DNA of 53,627 nucleotides from a virus (Duplodnaviria; Caudoviricetes): IMG/VR virus record IMGVR_UViG_3300033407_000965, positions 1 to 53,627 of that record; one strand, 5' to 3'. Shown piece by piece: positions 39,101 to 44,605 of this stretch (position 1 is its first letter; each line of letters starts with the position of its first letter). The notes under the pieces were generated by a model. It saw only the letters and a program-made list of their open reading frames with translations, ran no database searches and was not told where the DNA came from. The position numbers and the translations under genes were made by a program.

Positions 39101-39327
39101 AGCAGGTGTTCGGCCTCAATGTTAACGCTCCGTTCGTGCGCTACCAGGACGCCTTCCGCATCATCCGGGACAAGCTGGACGCGGAGCACGCGGACGCGTT
39201 CGCCCGGATGATCGCGGTGTTCAATGAGACCTACCGGCGAGAGCGCGATCCGGTGATGCGCCCGCGGAACGTGGTCGAGGGCGTGCGACGAAAGCGGACC
39301 GCCGCGGCGGCCGTGGGAGGCGGTTAG
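30013..39327 (+). CDS. Giant DarB-like polyvalent protein: N6-adenine methyltransferase, SNF2-type helicase and large C-terminal region (LPD38-like end); true start uncertain
   Basis: MTase motifs VLEPSMGVGHF and DLVIGNPPF; helicase motifs DVAVGGGKT, MYDESQ, LASGTP, MGVGVNVQ, QAVGRAVRSGN; last gene of the virion operon. Confidence 0.9.
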   Translation: MQPQDRGQEHRGDEGRRPPGAGGEGGGAGQRPRVVPPQEVAAAAAPQADVSRPTPGVRPAAVPSRGAVTPGQPPEPSTGEGRRPPPILPGARPEVEGAMQAQRPLEPEISGEGRAAEEAQTPAAQGVTAPGIVGIDQVRADLADAEGAVRRHERERGYVGRGLEAVKGADVDYQRLLERAGSLRRRLRAMEAAEVRAAARAEREQRPATPREQLAETPLHELPEPVGEALQEEAKKQLEATGTRGRPRIKSERAREALRRIVRDKGQDTGSEVQRQKRRLIGYLVGDKDFRSVFEPDIGVPQAEPDAVIEAYLEGASEDRIERIARAMGWEPGDASFPFGALAEQPAGPIIPENMPAPAWDVRVHPDFPPGTTVWVDFGWASTVGRTLGTVIVPPDDVPVEQIVDPEAIAGSRVMVRYPTEGGDVEQLFDPEKLEIAEPKPPAERRIEGEVIRGAEPQIEAEPTQARGREPPGRPAAEREGGPAPAGSGRAPGETPLGEVPAEGLPEPGEARPSVPRPASGREPDDRGGAAPAGGRAAVAPGPGGPGAGVAVPAGGGRGPELAGGGERERSVVRGGQGESGERVGRPREPEPVAVEPPGAPGPTDYIIRADDAMFSMGPKTAARANLKAIEILKRAQQEQRPATPEEQAELVKYIGWGSLAKGFEPGEWNDIYQRLRELLTTEEYDAAKRSTQYAMFTPPAIVQAMYDAVRRFGVRGGAVLEPSMGVGHFFGLMPAALRGRMTRVGVERDPLTAGIAALLYPASDVRTQAFEDAALPTGYFDLVIGNPPFGQIQVPDPRYPAAVRATLHDYFVGRSIALTRPDGILAFVISKGWLDKAGDAARRWVAERAELLGAIRLHDKALPGTGVTTDLIFLRRLREDQTPPDAPWVESRQLGDLPKPVNAYYHEHPDMVLGRLEAGGLYGKDDVRVKPEGDQPLEKLLREATKKLPADVVQAAAQRILATDPGELVVSPDNLPPDAFFVSDKGQLWQAGERGAGPRLVEAELSKGRGGAKVVERIKGLVGLRDAVLKLLREQLQEQPADGPLREALLKEYDRFVKRHGAVNATANLRHVRKDDPFTYGMVSLLDSYDPKTGKITRGDILSQRIASAVTKVRRADNLADALAVSLDERNAVDVERIAELIAQTPAEVERSLLDEGLVFRTPQGALQIAAEYLSGEVRQKLEDARAAAAINPAYERNVRALESVQPRELVPGEIHAQLGATWIPPQIVADFTAHLFGRPLPVRLVPELNKWAVEDPERIGDTVAASETWGVPERSGVKLLQDALAMRQPRVYDIIGYDESDRPIKEVSPTKTDAARAKLERMKEEFERWVWKDPQRVDTLAPLYNRLFNSLAARHYDGGHLSLPGLNPVIRPYPYQKDAVYRIVAGGNAMLDVAVGGGKTLIMTGAAEELKRLGHARKVLIVVQNATLESFANMARQYYPAGNFIVLDPTNMSAQNRRRTLARIAAEQRPVTVILPHQTMKMIPMGEASLKAYFKRRIRELEAALQAEEEYEGTQSAFTRRGKSKRSWSVKQMEKRKEDLENRLQARLKGIARDKGITFEELGIDWLMYDESQAIKNLAFTSQMQAVKGLGAAEGNEITMDAQMKFEHVNRLQNGRGVVLASGTPIANSVVEVFTVQRYLQPMLLRSKGIDNLDAWVNTFGSVVEDTEKAVEGEYKPMFRLRRFVNVPDLVQMWSQVALTVTPEHVREHLAGTARQIPELAANSEGKRDWEIVVAPEPPEMVRYMQVIKARAQAIKERKRPPQKGDDTMVAISVDIRHVSLDPKLRIPDAEDRADTKVGLAVDNIYDRWKRDAAQRLTQLVFIDMGLPKPGGRYSTYQALRDKLLGRGVPADEVQFIHDWDTPADRARLFDKVNAGEVRILIGSVLKMGVGVNVQQRLKTLHLLNPPYRPDMVEQAVGRAVRSGNQNREVELVRYVTKGSGDEWNYGLLFAKATFISQWRKGQTLDIREIEEPDTETLGYADVMAIVSKSPAVSEWTKAMRRVRRLEASEAEHRRQQGAMRIRERELTERIPGLEREAAQLQGLAPKAAAEGLRIEVAKNLYSKHGEAGEALIAAAAKLKQAASRAQAEFGKVGTLNGFDVEARHFHSPLSGGRQVDFRVALPIPVESHEVRLSEYFGGTPKEKATAAVTTVRVLSNEIGRIPKLAQQRRRDLDRARTDLATAQAEVDQPFAQHAELLELRQKAARLTKIVQNLDKDPLKPGESIELDEQAWIYKEVVREGGKPIAIFENHRTRETARWTPGGFFAETGRELYVPEAPSSPGGAAPGPAPIKRSEPFWQALSAEQRRWLRERGPDKPGFGLGAQFNLPDPRGLYARTWDAIVAKLNNLEGPVLRRVVDWLGKGIYGQRWGTDTPFWRQLQRYYGGVEESKVDAREVTERITRRMRELEGRLFSPADSKLNQLFTDVAEGRAAPEKLDAADREIYDLYRQRVNAITDEFLEAEHLHGYAKAFGLTNLLEVIKRKREGPGAYLRMLIKNPPGRYWEPHRRLIERPRIGKVIGGMFKERRSADLWTVRNADGTVTQFTDEDSALEHYNAEVELNRERYGTSVFDRVKVYDPIGEELLLAAGREPELDVRIRVAKTLAHWRHNLEILKLYHFLADTVASGERVGPDWRQLPDSPYWGPLAGRYVPERVAEVLRETDEIRTALHSQIWDIYQYAWKSGKTVWSPGTWGRNALGLNFFWLMDGIHPVKDLHWFIEAAKEFKSRSETYRRLVRENEIAVGYTSAEMGQLAEFLKDHRHGLLVNLMRWFGWLHEVNSKVGRAYDWPDQVSKLASYLKKTAPVEKGGLGWSHEEAIEALQGYPNYARGGDFERWITRHPLGAPFWRFTAASIRVNLHYARNKPARLLVAWMVPGLLTYISAILLGIDDEELDLVAGDPRRKNRLDRYFLPIVPWRDEAGRLQQLDLRWIFPLANDFRVETGAGGIGVPFLLAQPITRGLVEWAANRSLWTGRDIWREDETGADFIKSLVAHAFEGAAPVPTIVTRGLREIWEAATGDERDLVKTLLKQVFGLNVNAPFVRYQDAFRIIRDKLDAEHADAFARMIAVFNETYRRERDPVMRPRNVVEGVRRKRTAAAAVGGG
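31347..31364 (+). promoter_or_regulatory. Internal -10 box (TAGAAT) and Shine-Dalgarno (GGGGAGGT) for a nested gene
   Basis: TAGAAT 31347-31352, GGGGAGGT 31357-31364, GTG 31370; no clear -35. Confidence 0.55.
31370..31792 (+). CDS. Nested out-of-frame gene inside the giant ORF; TnpV-like helical protein
   Basis: Strong RBS; globular-looking GRRAKRHWAKFLPKAYRNLVKHDRLYRALHLAE...AQEWLFLPAEDE, while the giant frame here is P/G/A/R low complexity. Confidence 0.72.
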   Translation: MAPNRKSRPSPPKPAAESLLADRPQSEKEAQRLLGADGRRAKRHWAKFLPKAYRNLVKHDRLYRALHLAESLTIEAELRLREAGLPSHQAQEALAQEWLFLPAEDEAPSWLVAASESAPSFEAARENLVSASEGPESPSP

Positions 39328-39485
39328 CGGCCGGCGCAGCCGAGGAACTGCAGCAGGGGGAGCGCCACGAGGGTCACCAGCGCACCCACGGTGAACCCAT
39401 CCCACCAGCGGGCTCGGGAATCGCGGGCACTGCGCTCGCTCCACAAGTCGCGGTACGCCTGAAAGTCCTGGTCCCAGGGGTCCAT
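39324..39485 (-). CDS. 53-aa membrane microprotein convergent with the giant gene (MDPWDQDFQAYRDLW...WWDGFTVGALVTLVALPLLQFLGCAGR)
   Basis: ATG at 39485(-); its TAA overlaps the TAG of the giant gene (TTAG); single C-terminal TM; GC-rich third positions. Confidence 0.5.
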   Translation of the reverse strand: MDPWDQDFQAYRDLWSERSARDSRARWWDGFTVGALVTLVALPLLQFLGCAGR

Positions 39486-39642
39486 GCGGCACTCAAAGCG
39501 GACGCGCCGGCCAAGCCGCCGTCGTGGAATTAAAGCTCTGAGGACGCCCCGCGGGGCGTTGCCTCACTCCCTGTTTCACAGGGTCCAACGTAAGCCGACG
39601 ACAAGGCCGGGCCTCCATCGCTCAATTTTATTCAGAAAACCC

Positions 39643-39671
39643 TTGACGGTCAACCGATAAGGCGTTAAAGT
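39643..39671 (+). promoter_or_regulatory. Sigma70-type promoter with an operator-like palindrome on the -35
   Basis: TTGACG-17 bp-TAAAGT; AT-rich upstream element; TTGACGGTCAA palindrome 39643-39653. Confidence 0.65.
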
Positions 39672-39746
39672 TCGCGTGTGCATCGCGCGTGGACAGTGAC
39701 GTGCAGGAGGACGGAGCCGGGTGCGGCCTGTGCGTAAATCGGTTAT

Positions 39747-40070
39747 TTGGCTGTGAGCAACCTGCCCTTTCCTCACACGCGCAAACAGGCGGAGGTCGTC
39801 GTGGCCCTGTATGCTGGCATTTCCAGTGTGGATCTCATCGCCCAACGCACAGGGATCGCACAGGCGACCGTGCGGCGTGCCTGCGTCCGACTCCGCGACA
39901 TGGGCCTGGTTATCCACGAGCACCTGATGTCGGCCGGCGGCCGCCGGAGCCTGTGGCACGCGACCCAGTTGGAGCGCTGGGGGCGAGAGCTGATTCCGAT
40001 GACGGCTGAATTGCTGGGCGGTGATTATAAAGTCCCGGGTGGTAATAACTTACGGTCGTTGGTCCGGTAA
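39747..40070 (+). CDS. Winged-helix DNA-binding protein (start may be GTG 39753)
   Basis: SSVDLIAQRTGIAQATVRRACVRLRDMGLV...GGRRSLW. Confidence 0.7.
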   Translation: MAVSNLPFPHTRKQAEVVVALYAGISSVDLIAQRTGIAQATVRRACVRLRDMGLVIHEHLMSAGGRRSLWHATQLERWGRELIPMTAELLGGDYKVPGGNNLRSLVR

Positions 40071-40112
40071 AAACGAGTCGGGATTCGACCCTGTGAAACG
40101 TCCGATCATCGA

Positions 40113-40140
40113 GTGCAACGTAACATATATTATGAGACCT
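40113..40140. other. dif-like XerC/D recombination site, candidate attR
   Basis: Minus strand reads AGGTCTCATAA-TATATG-TTACGTTGCAC (11-6-11), compared with E. coli dif GGTGCGCATAA-TGTATA-TTATGTTAAAT; at the phage/host junction. Confidence 0.6.
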
Positions 40141-40205
40141 TGCGTTTTTGGCGGCGCAAGGGGGGTTTTCGGTGGGATGACGCCGGGTTCAGGCTCATTT
40201 GCGGC

Positions 40206-40784
40206 CTACGTCGGCCGGCGACGGCGGTCGGCAACGAGCTTGGGCATTGCCATCGCCAGCAACAGCAGGTTACGACCGGCTCGGGTCAACTCGTAGAGGT
40301 CGCGCTGCTTGGGCAGGATCAGGCCCGCCAGGCGTAGTTGGTTGATGTGGTGGTATAGCGGTCCCGGCTTGAGCTTCGTGGCATGTCGAACGGCCTGATA
40401 AGTCGCCGGCCCGGTGAGCAACAGGCGGAGAATTGTCAGGCGGGCGACGTGTCCCGTTGCAGCGAGTGTCGTCGACAATCGTCGCTGCTCCGCCGGCGAC
40501 CACGCTGGCACCGCAGTTTTGTCGGGGTCGGTCCGGAGGCGGATTCGGACGTTGTGTGCAGCCCGATCGATCGTCCGTCCGGCGGTTTCCTCGATGCGGA
40601 TCGTGGCGGTGCACTTGGGGGTCGATCGCCTCACGGCTACGGGGCCGGCCGGCCTTTGTCGGGTTGTGCGAGGCCGTTTGGGGATCAGCTTTCGGGCCGC
40701 GGCCCCCCTACCGGCGGGCCGCGTGCCCGTTTCGCCCGCCCCACCGCGTGGTCTTTTTCGTTTGGCTCGGCTTCGCGGCATCAT
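40206..40784 (-). CDS. ArsR/SmtB-like winged-helix transcription regulator
   Basis: LAATGHVARLTILRLLLTGP...KPGPLYHHINQLRLAGLI...YELTRAG. Confidence 0.8.
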   Translation of the reverse strand: MMPRSRAKRKRPRGGAGETGTRPAGRGAAARKLIPKRPRTTRQRPAGPVAVRRSTPKCTATIRIEETAGRTIDRAAHNVRIRLRTDPDKTAVPAWSPAEQRRLSTTLAATGHVARLTILRLLLTGPATYQAVRHATKLKPGPLYHHINQLRLAGLILPKQRDLYELTRAGRNLLLLAMAMPKLVADRRRRPT

Positions 40785-40988
40785 CTGTTCCTATTTTGCA
40801 GTGTCTCGGGATCCATCACCCTTAACGAGGCGCGGGCTTCCAGTCCGCGTGGCGTCTCGAACGGCGATTGGGCTTCGACATCGACCTCGCCACGCGGTGG
40901 CGTTTTTCGGAGACACTACCGTATCGGCACATCCCGGCGGTTTTCTCCAGGGGCGTACGGCGCGGCGAGACCAGCGGCGGCAATATTC

Positions 40989-41014
40989 TAGTATACTGTT
41001 ATTACAGTATACTA
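40989..41014. promoter_or_regulatory. Perfect 11-4-11 AT-rich palindrome, probable operator overlapping -10 boxes
   Basis: TAGTATACTGT-TATT-ACAGTATACTA; TATAAT at 41013-41018(+), TATACT and TAGAAT on (-). Confidence 0.7.
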
Positions 41015-41434
41015 TAATCACAATACATGGCTCAGACTGACCGATCCTTTCGGAGGGCATGTCATCCGGAAGAACCGGTCAGTTTGAGGCTGCCGGCAAC
41101 CTCGAGAAAGCCGTCGTAACTCATGGGGATGCGACCGACCTCCCCCAGCCGCTCGACGACGGTTGCGAAGTCCTGACCCCCGAACATGACGAGGGGCGTA
41201 CTGTCTTGGTAAACTGACGAGATCGACCTCGTGGCCGAGCTAGCGGGGAGGCAGCAGAGCGCCGCGGCACCGCGGATGCTGGTCCGTGGAACCCGGGCTA
41301 CACGCCCTCCGGGCGAGCTACCTGCCGGACCGCGACACACGCCCGGGCGCGTAGAGCCCCCGCCACCCGCTGACGCACCCGTTGGCTGCCGCATCGAACC
41401 CGCGTGATGAACCGTCCTCCATGGGCACGCCAGG

Positions 41435-43132
41435 CTACTCGAGGTAGCCCAGGTCGGACAGGCGGGCGGTGACTTCGTCGAGCTCGGCGCGGGTGTAGGT
41501 GTGCTGACGGCGGCCCGCGGGTTCGGGTGTGATGTCGTCCGCATCGCGCTGGCGCTCGACCATAGGGGCGCGTTCGAACAGCTCGGTGATTACCCGGCCC
41601 GGCATGTTCTGCGGGACGCGCGTGCCAAGTGCCGCGAGGACGGTCGGGGCACAGTCGAGGAGGCTGGCAGTGATTTTCCTGCGGCGGGCGACGCCGGGCC
41701 CGGTGGCGATCAGGATGCCCTCCTTGCGGTGGGTTCCTTCGATCCGGCTGTAGGGCAGCCAGTCGACAACGCTTGCGTTGAGCCTGCGGACGACAGCCAA
41801 CGTCTCGTGTTGGATCATCAGGATGTCGGGCAGCCAGGGCTCGGATTCCCGCGAGCAGTTGTAGAGTTCCTCCGGCTTGTAGACCTCGGGAAAGAGGTCG
41901 ATCTGTTCGCCCCATGGCGCGGTTACGCGGCACTCGGGCCCGGTGAAGCGCGCAATCAGCTCGTCACGAAGACGCTCGTAGTCTGCCGGCTCGACCATGC
42001 CGGTGGGTTGCCGCCCCTTGAGGTTGAGGTACAGGAAGCCCGCGTTGCCGGCGTGCATGACGCAGGCCGTGGTCCGGCTCAGGTCGATGGGGACGTGCCG
42101 GTCGATGTCGTATAGCGTGGCGACCTGATGCTTGGGGCCGAAGGTCTTGTCGAACGTTCTGCGGGCGGCGGCGGCGAGCCGCGTCCCGGTCCCGTGTAGT
42201 TTCAGGTAGCCCCATTGCTGAAGGAATCGGTTCGGGAACACCTTGCCTTCGAGGCTGCCGTGTCCGTGGTCGGAGACCATGATGACCACGGCCCCCTCGG
42301 ACTCAGCATAATCGAGGAGCACGCCGACGGCCTTGTCGAGCTCTTCGAAGCACTTCTTGACCAGGTCGCGCCGCTTGGGGTCGCGGTCGGACCAGCGGGG
42401 GTCGAGGTACTTCCAGGTCTTGTGCTGGAGGTTGTCGACGAGCTTGAAGACGACCATGAGGGCGTCCCAGCCGAACCGGGCACCGAGCCAGGTGGTCATG
42501 GCGGCGCCTTGGTGGAAGCTGTTTCCGAGGTAATCGAGATTCTCTGCGAAGAGCCCGATGCCTCCGCCGGCTTTCCGCCGCCATTTGGCCTTGAGCGTGG
42601 GGTCGGGCCAGCGCTCGAGAATCTGCTGCTTCAGGTCGGGCGGGTAGGCGAACTCCGACTGCGGCCCCGGGGTCTCGAAACCGGTGATGTTGAAGCCGTT
42701 CACCGCTACCGGCGGGTAGGTCATGGGCACATTGACGCTCCCGACCTTGAACCCTTCGGCGCTGAGAATCTGCCAGATGTTGCGGACGTGCTGGGAGCTC
42801 TGGGTGTTGTTCAGACGGAGCCGGCCCGTGAACGCATCGTAGCCCTCGAAATCGAGGATTCGGTGCTCGCCGGGCTGCCGGCCGGTGAGGAAGGTGGTCC
42901 AGGCGGCGGGCGTGATCGGCGGGACGGTCGAGTAGAGCGTGCCGGAGGCCCCACCGTCGAACGCGGCTTTCAGGCGCGGCATCCGGCCCTCGTCCATCAT
43001 GGGATGGAGCGAGGTGAATGTGGCGCCGTCGAGGCCGAGAATGAGGATCTTGTCGGCCACGGGGTCGGCGACCCGCTGTGGACTGCTGGGATACGTCGCG
43101 GCTTCCGCGGTGCTCGCCCCGTCATGGTTCAT
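41435..43132 (-). CDS. Alkaline-phosphatase-superfamily protein (type I phosphodiesterase / nucleotide pyrophosphatase)
   Basis: ILILGLDGATF, STVPPITPAAWTTFLTG, VSDHGHG, GTHRKEGI motifs; start set at MNHDG after GAAAGG. Confidence 0.9.
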   Translation of the reverse strand: MNHDGASTAEAATYPSSPQRVADPVADKILILGLDGATFTSLHPMMDEGRMPRLKAAFDGGASGTLYSTVPPITPAAWTTFLTGRQPGEHRILDFEGYDAFTGRLRLNNTQSSQHVRNIWQILSAEGFKVGSVNVPMTYPPVAVNGFNITGFETPGPQSEFAYPPDLKQQILERWPDPTLKAKWRRKAGGGIGLFAENLDYLGNSFHQGAAMTTWLGARFGWDALMVVFKLVDNLQHKTWKYLDPRWSDRDPKRRDLVKKCFEELDKAVGVLLDYAESEGAVVIMVSDHGHGSLEGKVFPNRFLQQWGYLKLHGTGTRLAAAARRTFDKTFGPKHQVATLYDIDRHVPIDLSRTTACVMHAGNAGFLYLNLKGRQPTGMVEPADYERLRDELIARFTGPECRVTAPWGEQIDLFPEVYKPEELYNCSRESEPWLPDILMIQHETLAVVRRLNASVVDWLPYSRIEGTHRKEGILIATGPGVARRRKITASLLDCAPTVLAALGTRVPQNMPGRVITELFERAPMVERQRDADDITPEPAGRRQHTYTRAELDEVTARLSDLGYLE

Positions 43133-43351
43133 GTTTGTGTAACGCCTTTCCGCCCACGGTTTGTTTGCATGCAGCGTGGGCAGTGTAGGCCCGCCCGCGG
43201 GTGGCTGCAAGCCGGCGCGGCGGGGATCGCTGGCCTTCCCCGAGCCGCTACCGTACATTGGTCAGGTGTTCAAGGCGCGGACCCACGTGCCCGTTCGGTG
43301 CCAGACCGGGTCACGCGTTGAGGGTCATGGCTGCTTGGGTGGATCGGGATT

Positions 43352-44605
43352 ATGAGCGCTGAGCCGCTGGGCGTCGGGATCATCGGGGCCGGTCAGATCG
43401 TCAAACGACACGCGCTGGCCTATCGGGCTCTGCCGGGGCTCGGCCGCCTCATTGCGGTGGCGGACGTGGATCCGAAGCGGGCGGCGGATGCCAAGGAGCG
43501 GTTCGGCTTCAAGTATGCGTTCCACGACTACACCGAGCTTCTGGCGTGTGACGAGGTGGCGGCGGTCAGCGTGAGCACTCCCGCGTCGCTTCATGCGCGG
43601 ATGGTCCAGGACGCCATCGCGGCCGGGAGACACGTGCTATGTGAAAAGCCGATCGCGACGACCTTGGCCGACGCCGACGCCATGATTGCGGCGTCCGAGG
43701 GGCGCCCGGACGTGACGGCGTCGTGTGTGTTCCAGCTCCGGTGCGATGCGACGCATCGGCGGCTGCGCTGGATGATCGAGCAGAACAACCTCGGCCGGAT
43801 CCTCCTGGCGAAGGTCTGTGTTCGAGTCAAGAAGAGCCCCGGATATTACACGTCGGCGCCGAGCCGCGGGTCATACCAGGGCGACGGCGGAGGCGTGCTG
43901 ATCAACCAGGCGGTCCATCAGTTGGATGCCCTGCTGTGGCTGTTGGGCGAGCCGGTCGCGGCATCGGCGCAGATGGACACGTTCGTTCATCCGATCGAGG
44001 CTGAGGATAGCTTGGCCGGGTGGATACGTTTCGCCGGCGGGGCAATCGCGACGATCGAATGCACGACCTGCGCAAAGAAGAAGGAGTTTTCGATCGACGT
44101 CGTGGGTGAGAACGCCGGGATGCGGGTGGCCGGCGATCCCGATTCGCAAAAGTTCGACTGGCGGATCGATGCGCTGGGGTCGGCGGCGGGCAAGGCCATG
44201 CGCTCCGTGGCGCGTCGCGGCGTGCCCGACCCGCCGGAGCCCGGCAAGCTCACGGCGTCGTTGCAGAAGTTCGCGGCCAAGGTCCGCGGGCGCGACTACC
44301 AGCCGTCCGCTCACAAGGGGCATACGCCGCTGGTGAAGCAATTCCTCGAAGGCGCCCGCGCGGGCGAGCCCGGGCCGATCCCCCTTCGAGAGGCGCGAAG
44401 ATCGCTCGAGCTGGCCACGGCGCTCTACGAGTCGGCGGACGCGGGCCAGGTGGTGGCCCTGCCGCTGGACGGGCAGTGCCGGTTCTACCGGGGCGTGACG
44501 CGCGGCGTGATCGAGCGCAAGCAAATGGACAGGGAGGTCGTCGCCCGAGCGACCGGCGCCGGCCGGACGGCGGGTACACAGAGTCACGAGAGGGTGCGAG
44601 GATGA
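43352..44605 (+). CDS. Gfo/Idh/MocA-family NAD(P)-dependent oxidoreductase
   Basis: GVGIIGAG, HVLCEKP, GGGVLINQAVHQLD. Confidence 0.92.
   Translation: MSAEPLGVGIIGAGQIVKRHALAYRALPGLGRLIAVADVDPKRAADAKERFGFKYAFHDYTELLACDEVAAVSVSTPASLHARMVQDAIAAGRHVLCEKPIATTLADADAMIAASEGRPDVTASCVFQLRCDATHRRLRWMIEQNNLGRILLAKVCVRVKKSPGYYTSAPSRGSYQGDGGGVLINQAVHQLDALLWLLGEPVAASAQMDTFVHPIEAEDSLAGWIRFAGGAIATIECTTCAKKKEFSIDVVGENAGMRVAGDPDSQKFDWRIDALGSAAGKAMRSVARRGVPDPPEPGKLTASLQKFAAKVRGRDYQPSAHKGHTPLVKQFLEGARAGEPGPIPLREARRSLELATALYESADAGQVVALPLDGQCRFYRGVTRGVIERKQMDREVVARATGAGRTAGTQSHERVRG

Larger units (their letters stand above)
1..40140 (+). mobile_element. Prophage (podovirus-like tailed phage), right-hand part; left end lies outside the window
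   Basis: Co-oriented, tightly coupled genes (many ATGA/TGATG overlaps) including terminase, portal, scaffold, capsid, adaptor, nozzle, ejection-type proteins and a DarB-like protein. No tape-measure or sheath gene recognised. Host-type genes begin after 40.2 kb. Confidence 0.9.

Noticed and set aside
1-39327. Diversity-generating retroelement or retron
   Set aside because: No reverse transcriptase motif and no template/variable repeat pair noticed by eye; a self-alignment would be needed to exclude a diverged pair
40996-41007. CTGT…ACAG as a LexA SOS box
   Set aside because: Spacer is 4 bp, not the 8 bp of the E. coli-type box, and it is part of a longer palindrome
41062-41260. Coding-like minus-strand stretch (…MFGGQDFATVVERLGEVGRIPMSYDGFLEVAG…) and a CTGACGA hammerhead-like core on the + strand
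   Set aside because: No clear start or family for the peptide and the hammerhead stems could not be completed; possible gene relic only
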